From: Geosiphon pyriformis uo1
Lineage: Eukaryota > Fungi > Glomeromycota
Length of the DNA: 64,000 nt
Direction of reading: 5' to 3'
Assembly: GCA_016748015.1 (NCBI GenBank)
Contig: JAAOMT010000735.1
Span: 124,001 to 188,000 of the forward strand
Part shown: positions 1-12,819 of the stretch, one piece after another
Position numbering within the stretch: position 1 is the stretch's first letter
How the letters are laid out: each line of letters starts with the position of its first letter
Translations under genes and position numbers: made by a program
The notes under the pieces: generated by a model
What the model saw: only the letters and a program-made list of their open reading frames with translations
What the model was told of the DNA's origin: nothing
Database searches by the model: none

Positions 1-2255
1 TCTTGAAGATCCAATTCCCACAATTGTTACTATTGCCAGAAATCTAGACATATTGTTTGAGACTGTTGTAAAAAAGTAATAGACCAAAATCAAGGAAATC
101 AATATCAGCAACCAAAATACTCTCAAAACATGGTATTCCAATACTTTACGTCTCAATATCAACTGTCTCAATACTCACAACAAATTCAGTATATCCAACA
201 ACTGCCTCAGAACTACTACCAATTATTGCAGCCAATGGTTCAAGCAGCACCCCAGTACCAAAACTTTGTTAATAACCAATCTAGACATTGTGCAATTGAT
301 TACAACTAAAGATGGAAGAGCTCTAGCAATAATTAGATGCCAACTAACAATATATCATCATGATTTCTAAATTGTAGTAATGCCTCATCTTGACCAGCAC
401 CAACTGGATACTTTAACCAAGTCTTATATCTTGGTCTCATTAAAAACCAGAATTTTTATAGCTTTACATCTTTAGAAGAAAAGAATGTAAGAGAAATTTC
501 CAACCTTTTGAGATGAAATTAAACCAACAATACTATTTTACTTGCCACTATTACTGAAAATACCATTTTTGCTGCTATTTTCCCCTTCAACATTGATGGT
601 CTGAACACAAATAGTCTTTTCAATGAAGCTGCCATAAATTAAGACAAACCAATTATGGCCCTGTACACTAATGCTAAAGTTGGAAACATAAACATTAAAT
701 TAATTCTCAATAGCAGATTAGCAGGCAGTATAATAATAAAACAACTTATAGATTAATTAGATTACCAAGTAAATTGTGCCACAACTGCCCAAATCATTAT
801 TGCAGATGACAATACCAAAACTTCAATCAGAAAAATTGATAACTTTTCCTTCAAAATCAACAGAATCTAAATTCCTATGAAAGTTCTGGTCATAGAAGCC
901 ATGTAATATTAAGCTCTTATTAGAAACAACTGGTTGGCCAAAGTCTATGCCACTTTTGACTGAAACACATAGGAATTACAGATCATCTTTAATGGATGAC
1001 ATGTTCGAGTTCTGGCTATATATAGATACTTTAAAGTCCAAAGCTTAAAGGAACTACTAATTGAATTTAAAAACACAACACTACCACCAACCATAGAAAT
1101 CTATCAAGTTTTATGGGTGGACAATTTCCGAACAGAGTTACCCTCACCACCAACTTGGAAAGAAAAGAAAAAGGGAAAAGCAAAAAAAACTACAATCAGC
1201 ACCTACAGGCTATTCCATCCCAAGTCAAAGAAGTCAATAGTATTAAATCCCGAAATTAATTTGTGTTGACTGTGAGAAAAAGTTATCTTTTATGGGTGTA
1301 TGTATTGGAGACAACAAAAAATGGCCAACTGCCACCAAACATTACTGCAAATCTTATGTGTTGAAAAAATTTGGCAGACCAAAATGACAAGACAAATAGG
1401 ACAATACATCATGCCTTGTTTGTAGCAAAATCCTGCCAGATAAAAGACTATAGAACAATATTCCTGGCAGAGGAGGAACATGTAATAAAGCATGTCAATA
1501 CACTATCTTGATCAATGATTGAATACAAAAAAAAACTCCAATTGATGATGCCTGAAAATAAGCATTATGACAATTGAACAGATATTCCCATAACAAACAT
1601 GAAATTTGGAAAATAATAAGTGCAAAAGCAGAGGGCACTACAACCAGGGAATTACTGGAAATCAAAACAACCTCTTATCTCTTTCAGAACCTAAATATAT
1701 CATGACTTTTGACATTTTTGGCAATATTGAAGACAATCCAGAATACTTTTACAAGCACTACCAGAATCTGGCACTGACTAGAAAAGAACAGAAACAAAGG
1801 CTAGTTGACTTAAACACAAAACTGTGCAATTATTGTTTGATTCCTTGCCACTTTCAGTACTGTAACAAATGTGATATCATGTTTAATCTGCCTTTAAGAA
1901 AACCATACCTGATTACTAAACTACTAGAACCCAAGGTAGAAGAGGAATTAATCACTGAGAACATGTTATTTTAAGATCCAACAGAAAATACTAAAACAGA
2001 ACAATATCTTATGTATCTTAACTTATTCAAAGAATTAAAATTAAAATAGTACAGTAACAATAAGAAAAGAATCTGTTCCAAAAGAGCACATAATACTGAT
2101 GCTGGTTTCAACCTATAATACTCTAGATAATCAACCATAGTTATAGTCCCATATTTTCTTGTAACAATAGATCTTAAGATAGTGTTAGAAATTTCTGTTA
2201 GTACAATAGTACAAGTTGTCTTTCAATCTAATTTAGCCAAGAAAAAAATTGACAT
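1..2255 (+). mobile_element. Gypsy element A, first segment: end of gag (zinc knuckle), protease, Cys-rich domain, 5' half of dUTPase; decayed
   Basis: CYYCQKSRHIV*DC knuckle at ~25-66; ILNSRLAGSII (decayed LDSGSAGSII protease) at ~700-735; LCNYCLIPCHFQYCNKC in ORF 1606-1974; AHNTDAGFNL (dUTPase motif 1) at ~2085-2115; cut by element B at 2256. Confidence 0.9.
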
Positions 2256-3126
2256 TGTTATAGATAACTATTTCTGGTGTTGGATTAAATAACAAATCCG
2301 TAACTTGGTGCTCAAATCAAGTTGTAGTTAATAGTGATCTGAAGATTTGTGTCTGAAAGGTTTGTATTTGAAGAGTTTAGTTGAGTTCTTTGTATAATGA
2401 ACAGAAATTCAATAGTAATAGTTTTATCCGTAGCTTCCTGAAATCACAATTTCGTCAATTTTTTTCTCAGCTTAATGGCTGGTATTCCTCCTGGTAAGCT
2501 ATCTTCAATTGAGTGTTCTACCCTTATTTCTGGGTCTTTTACCAGTCACGTTTATCCTGACGTCAGTACCCCATGCGTTAATCCTCAATAGAGTTAGTAA
2601 ACAACAATAAAATCAAGGCAAGAAATAAAGAAAAGAAAAAAAAATAAAGAAAGAAAAGAAATAAGCCAAGACAATTTGCAAGTTAGTATTCTATCAATAG
2701 CCATGATCAAGAGCTATTGTTTCAGTGTGGTTAAGTATCAATTACTATCAACATGAAGTATTAATAGTGGCAGTGGGTTTGAGATAACAAACAGTTATTT
2801 ATTTGTGGTTTGGAAAGTTGTCTAGATAAAATCTAAACTGAGAGATCTGTCTTTTCAGCTTCTAATCCTACTGCTATATATACATAATTGAGATTCCTCA
2901 ATTCCTCAATTCTTCACAACAGGAATCCTAGGATTCCTAGAATCCTGCAATTTCTTTAAAAAAAATCCTAGAATTCTGGAATTCTGCGATTCTTTGTGAG
3001 AATCCTGTAATTCCTGGAATTCTGCAATTTCTGAGAGGAATCCTGGAATTCCACATTTTACTACATCTACTTCTGATTGGTTAATAACTATGCTAATATA
3101 TATCTCCTATATTTTTATGAGTAACA
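2256..3126 (-). repeat. 3' LTR of B
   Basis: Direct repeat of 11664-12534; TGTTA...GTAACA termini; adjacent PPT. Confidence 0.95.
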
Positions 3127-3141
3127 TTATTCCCTTCTTTT
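3127..3141 (-). promoter_or_regulatory. Polypurine tract of B
   Basis: Minus strand AAAAGAAGGGAATAA immediately before the 3' LTR. Confidence 0.85.
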
Positions 3142-3799
3142 AATATTGAGCTCTGTCGAAATTTAACTCTGTTAATTCTCTTTTTTGAAGTATTTCTTGA
3201 ATTTCATTTTCGAGAATTACTTGTGTTATTTGAGTCTGTAATTCTTAAAATTAAGTGTTGGTAATCTTTCCTAATTGATTACTGGTAACCATATCCATTG
3301 CTTTGTTGAGTAAGATTTCTGGTCAATCCTGAAATGTTGTGTGTATTCAGTATATGGCTTAGGCCTATGTGAATAAGTTGTTCTTTCCCATAAAATGTTC
3401 TAATTGTTGTAGTATTTTTGTGTCAAATAATCGCTTTGTTTTATCCGTATATAGATTCTGAATATTCACATGTTGTCCCAAGTAAAAATAACAATAGTTT
3501 CTTGGAAATTGTTATATCCACCAATTCCAAGTTTCTTTAGTCAACTCTTGGTATAGTGACTCTTTTGTCGATTCTTTTATTGCTAATTTTACTTTTGCAA
3601 TGATTTTGTCAATGGTATTTTCTGTTTTCTTCTGTGTTCTATGTGGTGATGTCTTTTTAGTGTCTTGATATTGGATGGTTTGTTGATTAATTGTAATTTC
3701 CATCTCTTGGTGTTGAATCAATTGAAAGAGTTGTTGTGTTAGTGAGTAAATATTGTCTGTAATTTCCATTTTTTTGATATTTCTTGTCACGTCTCTCAT
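3140..3799 (-). pseudogene. ORF3 of B (unknown function, ~219 codons, internal nonsense codons)
   Basis: Frame continues past ORF 3512-3799 through stop codons: ...YCYFYLGQH...AIY*IHTTF...QLGKITNT*F*ELQTQITQVIL; homologous to ORF3 in C, D, E, F. Confidence 0.8.
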
Positions 3800-3823
3800 G
3801 TCTTTATATATTCTTTGGATGGA

Positions 3824-5206
3824 TTAATTTAATGTGTTGTTGTCAATGATGATGATTGGTTCCAGATCTTGTGGAATCTCTTCTGGTTGGACTAGTATCT
3901 TTTGTACTTCTAATTATGGAATATTACTGGTAGATGGTAGTGATTTGTTGTGGTATGGTTTCAGTTGATTTCTATGTGCTGTTTTGGTTAAAATTTTGTT
4001 ATCCAGTCTTAATTTGTAAGCTTCATTCCCTAGAATTTCTTCTATGTGAAATGGTCTATCCTATTTGGAGTCAAATTTTCCACTTCATTGTTTTTCCACT
4101 TTGGTATAATGTAAGAGTACTTTGTCTTCAATCTTGAATTCAACTGGTTTGTCTAGTAATTGATTATTATGTCTTTCTTTCTGTTTCTTTTGTGACTTTT
4201 GTATGTTATCAGCTGCTTTTTTTCATTTGTTTTCCAATGTTTCTATTAAGTCATATGTTTTTCTTAACAATGTTTCTTGAAAATTTTCTTCTATTATTGG
4301 TTCAGTTGGATATGTGTTAACCTCTATCTCAACTGGTAATATTGTTGTTCTACCATATATCAATTCAAATGGTGTTGCTTGTGTGGTGTCTTGCTTTATT
4401 GTCCAATAAGCAAATAATACTGATGGTATGAACAAATCCCATTTATTCTGGTTTTCTTGGCTGAGTTTCGCTATTGCTTCACACAATGTTCTATTAAATT
4501 TTTCAACTAATCCATTGGTTTGTGAATGGTATGGTAATGATAGTGGTCTCTTAATTCCAAATTTTTGGCTTAGTTCTGCTAATGTTCTATTCACAAAATG
4601 GGTTTCTTGGTTTGATAATAGTTCTTTTGAACATTTATGTTGACAAATCAGATCTTGATGGACAAATTTGGCAATGAATTTTGCATCCACTCTTTGAATT
4701 GCTTTGGCTTCTGGCCATTTAGTAAGATAGTCTATGGCTACTGCAATATATCTGTTGCCTTTACTGGTAATTGTCAATGGTCTGACTAAATTGATTCTAA
4801 TGTGGTCAAATGGTTGTCCCACTTTAATTGGTCTCAATGGTTTGCTGGGTCTTGTTTCTTCTCTTTTTTGACAAGCATTACAATTTTGCACCTATTGGAT
4901 AATATCTGGATATATTGATGGCCAATAGTATCTCTTTCTGGTTCTTTCTATGGTTGCTTTTTTATGAAAATGTTCTGCAGTTAGATCTGAATGCATATTA
5001 AACAGTATTGTCTCTTTTTCTGGTTCTGTAATTACTCTGGTTGGTTGATCTGAATCTTTTCTATTTTTCTGATAAAGTATATTTTGGTGAGTAATAAAAT
5101 ATTTGGATTGTTGTTTGATTTTCTTTTGTTCTGGTTGAGATAATTTCTCCTTGAACTGTTGAGTATCTATATAATGTTGAAGTTGTTGATATTTTTGTGT
5201 ATTTAT
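3824..5206 (-). pseudogene. Integrase of B (separate ORF; HHCC, rve core, GPF-type C-terminal module)
   Basis: ORF 4223-4891 has CNACQ, AIDYLTKWPEA, YHSQTNGLVEKFN; start ATA (decayed ATG) at 5206, stop at 3824-3826, same frame. Confidence 0.9.
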
Positions 5207-5267
5207 CTTTTGTTATATTTTTGTAAGTATTGTTTTGGTTTTGTTATATTTTTGGGTTGAAATGTTC

Positions 5268-8200
5268 TTAGATTTGTTTCATTCGCAACAAACTGTTGGC
5301 ATTTCCATTGTTTTTTCTCTTTTTATAATGTATGGTATAAGTATATAGTGACAGTGTCATTTTCCAATTTGACTGTCTTCTGTCCCCAAATTCCTGTTTG
5401 TGAAGTGATGTTAATCCTTTGTGATCTGTGTACACCTCAAACTTTTGGCTCAAGTATTCTTTCCATTTCATAACTGCCCAATAGATTGCTAGATATTCTA
5501 ATTCTGGTGTTTCATAGTTCTTTTTGGCTGGAATCAAACCTTGGCTGGCATATACAACTGGATGTTCTCTTCTATCCAATTTTCTCTGAGATAGTACTGC
5601 TTCCAATGCTTGACCTGATGCATCAGTGGTGATAATGAATAGTTTACTATGATCTGGATAGATCAATACTAAAGCTTGAATAAGCTTTCTTCTTAAGATG
5701 TTAAATGCTTCTTGCTGGGTTTCAGTCCATTCATACTTTGCATTTTTGGTTTGAAAATTATTGAGTGGTTGTGCTATTTTTGAAAAGTTCTTTATGAAGT
5801 GTCTATAATAGCTTGCAAATCCCAAGAATAATTTCAGCTTGGTTATGTTGGTTGGTATTGGAAAGTTTTTTATTATTTCTATTTTCTCCAGATCTGTTTT
5901 TATGCCATTTTTGCTAACTATTTGTTCCAAGAATTTTAGTTCTGTTTTGCCAAAAAAACACTTTGTTGTATTCAATTTTAATCCTGTTTGTTGTAGTCTT
6001 TCAAACACTTGTTGAAGATGATATAGATGATTATCAAATGTTTTTAAGAACATATTGGTGTCATCCAAGTATACAACTACTGATTTCCACAATAAGCTAG
6101 TATACACAATTTTCATTAGCTGTTGAAATGTAGCTGGAGCATTGGTTAAGCCAAATGGCATAACTTCAAACTCAAAGTTTTCCTCTTTTGTGGTGAACGC
6201 CATTATTTCTTTGTTGGCTGGATCCATGACTACTTGTCAGTAACCACTATCTAAGTCTAATATTGAGAACTATTTGTTTCTACCGAAAGCATCAAATAGT
6301 TCTTGTATTCATGGAGTTAGATAGCTGTCTCCATGAGTTACATCATTGAGTTTCCTGTAGTCTACACAAAATCGGATTTTTCTATTCTTCTTATGGATGA
6401 GTACTACTGGTGACAACTATGAGCTTATTGATGGCTAAATTAACCTGTTGTCAAGCATTCAGTTGATCTCTTGACGGATGATTTCATGGCTGGCTGGTGG
6501 TACCCTATATGCTTGCTGTTTGATTGGCATTGTATCTCCAGTCTTGATCTGATGCTGGATAATATCAGTTCTGCCAAATTCATTTTCACTGGCGAAAATG
6601 TCATTAAAATTATTGAGTAACATCTTTAGTTGCATTTATTGAAGTGGGTTTAGATTTCTCATGTTTATCTGTTCCAATTGTTCTGGCTGTAACAGATAAC
6701 ATTTATTTCGTCCATAGATGGTTTGTGATGTAATGTCCACATATCTACAAAGCTGTGAAAAGTCTGGAATACTGCTTGGTGCTTGATCTTCAATTTCCAT
6801 GGTTAAATATCCAAGAATGGTTTTTTCTGATATCTCTACAACATTTCCAGTGTTGTTGTAGATGGGAATTTTGATATGGTTATGGCTTTTAGCTGGTATG
6901 TGTAGATTGATAAATCCAATTTCTCCTGATTTACAAAGGGTTGTTTCTGCTTCAAAAATCTGTTCTTGCTCCTTTTCTTTTTTTTCTATTGCTAACATGT
7001 ATCAGCTATATGGTGGAATGAAAATTGTTTAACTGGTTGAGATAATTTTTTTTTGGCCAATAATTTCTTCTTCTATTATATTGACTAGTACATCTATTCT
7101 ATCCGTTGATCAAAATCCCTGTATTCCTCTTGCTGTTATCCCTAATTCTTCTCTATTTCTTACTAACACTAACTGAGCTATTTTAACCAGAGACAGGAAT
7201 ATTGTCTGTGCTATCCTTTCATTTGGCTCTATAACATAAGCCTTTTCTGAGTCATTTTGTAATATAGCAATGATATTTCCTACATATCCTGCATTAATTA
7301 TTTCTCTTCTGATGTTTATCCCTCTTTTTGCTAAACTACTCCTTGAAACTAGTTAAACTATTGTTGTTGCTGGAATTTCCAAGACTATTTTGAAATCTAT
7401 GTAGGTGTGCAAATGTGGTTCCAATTTAATGGCATCTTTTTCTAGATACCTCAGATCAAATCTGGCATTAGTATTGTGTGCATGTTCCAGCATGATACCT
7501 TTATTATTATCGCTGAACCATTTTAGTTCCAATTCTCTGATAAGATCAGGAATTGCGATATATTGTTCATATTTTAAATTGGAGTTTGAATCTGAGTGGA
7601 AATCATCATCGTCATTATTGTTATATTAGACAGAGCTGAAACCAGTGTTTTCGTTGTTATCATTGTCAGAGTTTGAATCAGGATCGAATAGTGATTCCAA
7701 TTTTGATGTGCAGCTGCTGATTGGTTTTTTTTCTTTGGAGATCATGTAGATCATGCATGGTGGTGGATTGTAGATGAAGTTACACTCATTACAGAATTGG
7801 AAGTCACATGGAATCAAACAGTGGTCACATAATCAGGTGTTGATTTCTTCCAAGCATTGCTCTTGCTCTTCTCTCATGGGTGCTAGATTCTGATAATGTT
7901 CATGGAATTCTTCTGGGCTGTTTTCTAAGTCAATAAAGGCATCCAGATTGAGAACCAAAACAATGTCTGTTGGTTCTGGAGAGTTATTTTTGATCTCCAG
8001 AATTTCACTGGGCAAAGCACCTTCTATTTTGGTGTTGGCCATTTGCCAAATCTCGTCTTCATTGTGTGGATAGCTGTCTAGGCGGGATATAGCTCAGTGC
8101 TATGCTACTATGATGGGTGTACCATGACTCATCCAGTTGCTAATGAGGATTGTATATTGACACAAAGTGTCACACGTTTCTCCTCGACCAGGAATGTTGT

Positions 8201-11200
8201 TCCACATTTCTTTATTGAATAATTGTTTATTACAAGCAAGACATGGTTTGTTGTCCCACTTGCCTTGTCTTTTTAGGTAGCCATACCATTCTTTATGGCA
8301 AGACTTGTAATAGTAATGGGTTCATGTCCAGTAGTCTTTGTCTGATGCTACCCAAGCTCCCATTGAGGACAGTTTTTTCCTACAGTCCTTGCATTTGAGA
8401 GATATATATGGCAGCTCTTTTATTGGTTCACATGAATATTCCCTTTTCCAGCCACTAGTTATTTCTTCTGTAGTGGTGGGTTCTTCAGGTATGTTTTCTT
8501 CCCTTTCTTTTCCTTTTTCCTTGTTTTTTTCTTTCCAATTTAGAATTGGTGGCATCTCGCTTTGGTTGTTGTTGGTCCAAATGTTGATGGTGGCTTTCCA
8601 GGTAGGTTCTTCTCTTTGTTTCTCCTTTTCATTGTCATTGTTGTCTTAGGTGAATATTGGCAGCAGTTTGTTGTGGTCGACATTGGTCCATAAGACTTAG
8701 TATGCTTTCCAGGTGGGTTTTGCTTTTTCTTCCTCAAATTCGATAAGTGGTGTTGATGGCATGGTGATGGGCTTGAAGTGACCACACATGGCTGGTATTC
8801 ATGTGTGTTGACCGTTCTGGTTAAGCTGGAGCTCTTGGATGTTCCAATCTAATGTTACGTTGATTTTGGACAGCCAGTCATTCCCAATGAGTGCTTGGTA
8901 TTGAGTGGCTTTTATGATGAGTACTTTGATTAGTATTATGATGCTGTTAACTTCTATGGGGAAATCATCAATCTCTCCAATGGGTGTTTTGGTCACTTCA
9001 TTGGCTGTAATAATCCTGGCACTGGCAGCATGATCAACTTGATGACCTAATTAATCCATGAGTTGTCTTGTAATGATACTGCCAGCTGATCCACTATCTA
9101 GAATCAGTTTGATGAAATGACCATCAACTTTTGCATCAGTGTACATCGTGGTAATAGGTTTCTCCTCGAGTGCTGTTCCACTGAACAAAAGTGAATTGAT
9201 GGTTTCCTCCAATTCGAAAGGAAAGATGGCTGCAAGAGATTTGTTTTTGGTGACCATTGCTGGTGGAATATTGTTGGTAAGTGTTGTTTAGGGTGAGTTG
9301 AATTCTGAGTTGTTGGTGGTGGCATCTTCTGGGATAACCAGAAGACTTAAATAGTTCTGGGAATTCAGGTTTGGGTGGAACCAGTACTTAGATTCTGTTG
9401 TCGAGAGCTTGATAGTTGGTGAGAGAAGCTGAGGATTGGTTGATGAACAACCATTGCTGATCTCCAGTTTTGAGTAATTCTAAGTCTTGGGTTTCCTGAT
9501 GTCATTTGAGTGGAGTTTTGGAGTGGTGTTTGAATTGGTTGTTGGGGCTAATAAATTATTTGGGGCTGCGGCTGATAAATTACTGGTGGCTGCAGTTGAT
9601 AAATTGGAGGTTAATATACTAGTGGTTGATAGATTGGTTGCTGTATTATTGGCAGGTAAGTGGTTTGATATTGGTCTTGATTTGAGTAGTGATTCTGAGT
9701 CTGAAATCTGCGATCGGGGTTTCAATATTGATTTCTTGATCATAAATTGTTGCTATAAAATTAATAGTTGGCTCTAATGTAACTTTGTTTACTACAGTTG
9801 TGGCAAACATGCATTTCTGGCTGCCATGGCTGATTGGGTAACAATGATGATAATGATATTGATGGATGCAGCTGATTTTGGAAATGATTTGTGTTTTCTG
9901 AATTATTGCGTCATTGTGGTGGTTAATAGATTGCATGATTGTTAGCTAAGTATCCCTCTAGTTTCTAATTGATTGTATTACTAAATTGTTTTAGTTTGGA
10001 ATCTAAGTTAGATGATCTGTTTATCACTAAATTTACAGCTTGGGCATAATTAGCTTCTAGCTTGGCTGCTTCAAAATCTCTGGTGTGGGTGATGGTGGTT
10101 GGGACGTCAACTGGATGTATTAGACATACTTGCTGAAGGATGCTACTGCACAATCCTCTAATAAACTGGTTCAAGATCTGTGGTACTGTAAAGTAATTAG
10201 CTTGAATTGCCTGAATTTGGTGCAGATTTCTATGAAAGTGTCCCAAGTAAGTGGTGACTGCTTCTGTGTCTCTTTGTTTGATGGTAGTGAATGTGTTGGT
10301 TAAGCAATTAATACTATTGTTATTACTAAAGTATCTCAAGAATTCTGTTTTGAACTCATTGAAGGTTTGTGGTTTGGTGGCTAGGCTCTAATACCACAAG
10401 TCGGCAATATCTTTGAGAAAATAGGAGATTGCTTAAAGGACTCTACCATTGTTCTATCCATTGGCCACTATGGCTTTTTCAATATCATTGAGCCATATTT
10501 GGGCGTTGTTTTCTTCACCAGTAAAATTGTCAAGTTTTGTGATTGGTGCATAGGCCATTGGATCTAAGTTGGGTTGTTGTGGTGGTAGTTGAAGTGGTTG
10601 TTGTTGCATGAGTTGTTGGGGTGGTAATTGAAGTGGTTGTTGTTGCACGGATTGTTGGGATGGTAGTTGAAATGGCAGTTGTATGGGTTCGGCTATTGGA
10701 TTAATTGGTGGTTGATTGATGATGATTACTGGAGATAAGTTTTGTTGATTTATTAAATCAGGGTTTTGATTATCCTGAGTTGGCAGTGTCTGAATATTTG
10801 GAGTTTTGATTTCCAGATTTTCTGGGTTTAGATTTTGCTGGGTTTGAAGATTCGGGGTTTCAAATTCCAGGTTTCAAATTCCGGGTTTTCAGCAATTGAG
10901 TTCTGGTAAGTGAATTTTTGATCTTTAGCTTCTTCTTTTTCCTCTTCTTCTGATTCCGTTACTTTCCACAGATCAGAAATTCCGAAATCTGGGAGAGGCA
11001 GTAGCAATCAGAGTCCTGATGACATTGATAATTGCGAATTAAATCCTTCAAAATATGCGCCATATGGTCCTAATAATTCTGTTTTCCTTTGTTTACTTTG
11101 GAATATGAATCATTCAAATGCTAATGTCATGTTTGATGTGGCTGCATCAGTAGATGTAATATTAATGGTGCTTCTGGGTGTATAGTAGTATGATGAATTA

Positions 11201-11604
11201 GTTGTGGACTCAATTTTTGTTTTCTTCTAAGTAGGTGGTTGTATTCTTTTGGGTGTTACTGCTGGTGTTTGCAGTTTTCCTTTGTCTTTGCTCGTGTAAG
11301 TAATAGGGTATCTTTGTTGTGTGTGGTGTTCAATTTTTTTGTTGATTTTTGTGATGATGGAGGCAAAATTGTGATTTGTTGGCAGGTTGGTATTTTGAAT
11401 TAATTCACTGTAAAAGGCTTCTCTTGCCAATTCAATATTTACTGGTGTTTCTAACAGATAAGCAATTCTTTCATTGACGTAGAAATTGAAAGCTAATTCT
11501 ACTAATATGTGGTTATGATTTAATCCCAAATGTTGATAGTAGTGTTGAAATAAGAATTTCGCAAATCCTAGATGGTTTACTCCTATGTTTTGTGATTCTG
11601 CCAC
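5268..11604 (-). pseudogene. gag-pol: gag-pol of B (Gag, PR, Cys-rich domain, dUTPase, RT, RNase H), many stops
   Basis: ORF fragments: MAYAPITKLDNFTGEE (capsid), ILDSGSAGSII (PR), MPFGLTNAPATFQ and VYLDD (RT), ITTDASG..VYASQG..YTDHK (RNase H); ends RMKQI*. Confidence 0.92.
7100..7490 (-). pseudogene. dut: dUTPase domain of B
   Basis: Decayed motifs: HAHNTNARFDLRY, SRSSLAKRGINI, IINAGYVGNII, ERIAQTIF, RGIQGF*STD. Confidence 0.85.
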
Positions 11605-11649
11605 TTTTAGATTTGTGTTGGTACTGGTTCTCTGTAAGATTATACCTTA

Positions 11650-11661
11650 CAGGGAGCACCA
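11650..11661 (-). promoter_or_regulatory. Primer-binding site of B (TGGTGCTCCCTG)
   Basis: Begins TGG 2 nt after the 5' LTR end; complementary to a tRNA 3' end ...GGGAGCACCA; tRNA identity not determined. Confidence 0.85.
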
Positions 11662-11663
11662 AA

Positions 11664-12534
11664 TGTTACAGGTGACTATTTCTGGTGTTAGATTAAATAA
11701 CAAACCTGTAACTTGGTGCTCAAATTGAGTTGTAGTTGATAGTGATCTGAAGGTTTGTGTCTGAAAGGTTTGTATTCAAAGAGTTTGGTTGAGTTCTTTG
11801 TATAATAGACAGAGATTCAATGGTAATAGTTTTATCTGTAGCTTCCCAAAATCGCAATTTCGTCAATTTCTTTCTCAGCTTGATGGCCAGTATTCCTCCT
11901 GGTAAGCTATCTTTAATTGAGTGTTCTACTCTTATTTCTGGGTCTTTTACCAGTCACGTTTATCCTGACGTTAGTATCCCGTGTGTTAATTCTCAATAGA
12001 GATAGTAAACAACAATAAAATCAAGGCAAGAAATAAAAAAAAGAAAAGAAAATAAAGAAAGAAAAGAAATAAGCCAAAGCAATTTGCAAGTTAGTATTCT
12101 GTCAATAGCTGTGATCAAGAGCTATTGTTCTAGTGTGGTTAAGTATCAATTACTATCAACATGAAATGTTGATAGTGGCAGCAGGTTTGAGATAACAAAC
12201 AGTTATTTATTTGTGGGTTGGAAAGTTGTCTAGATGAAATCTAAACTGAGAGGTCTGTCTTTTCAGCTTCTAATCCTACTGCTATATATACATAATTGAG
12301 ATTCCTCAATTCCTCAATTCTTCACAACAGGAATCTTAAGATTCCTGGAATCTTGCAATTTCTTTAAAAGAAATTCTGGAATTCTGGAATCTTGCAATTC
12401 TTTGTGAGAATCTTGTAATTCCTGGAATTCTGCAATTCCTGAGAAAAATCTTGGAATTCCACATTTTACTACGTCTACTTCTGATTGGCTAATAACTATG
12501 CTAATATATATTCCCTATATTTCTATAAGTAACA
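11664..12534 (-). repeat. 5' LTR of B (CCAAT 12484-12488, GGAATYCTG tandem array, TATATATA 12283-12290)
   Basis: Direct repeat of 2256-3126; followed on the minus strand by the PBS. Confidence 0.95.
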
Positions 12535-12819
12535 ACATAAAAAGAAGAATCATTAATACTGGTTATATGGAAAACATCATTATAATGCTACAGAACAATT
12601 CAAACAAACCCTACAAAATAGAATCACAAGAAAAAATTGTCTAAACTATCTTCCTACTTCTAGTCAAAATACCCCAATTAACTCCAGTAACAACCTGAAA
12701 AGAATTAGGTCTCACGGCCCAAAAAATCAACAGGTTTAGATCAAGTAGAAAAGAAAACGTACCAATTAACTTTATGGAGGAAGATAGTGACCAAGTAAAA
12801 CTTATCTACACCAACACAG
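12535..12819 (+). mobile_element. Element A, second segment (3' half of dUTPase)
   Basis: IINTGYMENIIIMLQNNSNKPYKIESQEKIV..IFL; in frame with 2255 after TSD removal. Confidence 0.88.

Larger units (their letters stand above)
2256..12534 (-). mobile_element. Full-length Ty3/Gypsy LTR retrotransposon B inserted in the dUTPase of A
   Basis: Two 871-bp LTRs, PBS, PPT, gag-PR-dUT-RT-RH, IN, ORF3; 4-bp TSD ACAT (2252-2255/12535-12538); removing B restores host frame KKIDIKRRIINTGY. Confidence 0.96.

Noticed and set aside
2915-3055. Regular GGAATYCTG repeats suggestive of a CRISPR array
   Set aside because: Degenerate short tandem units with no unique spacers, inside an LTR, and no cas genes.
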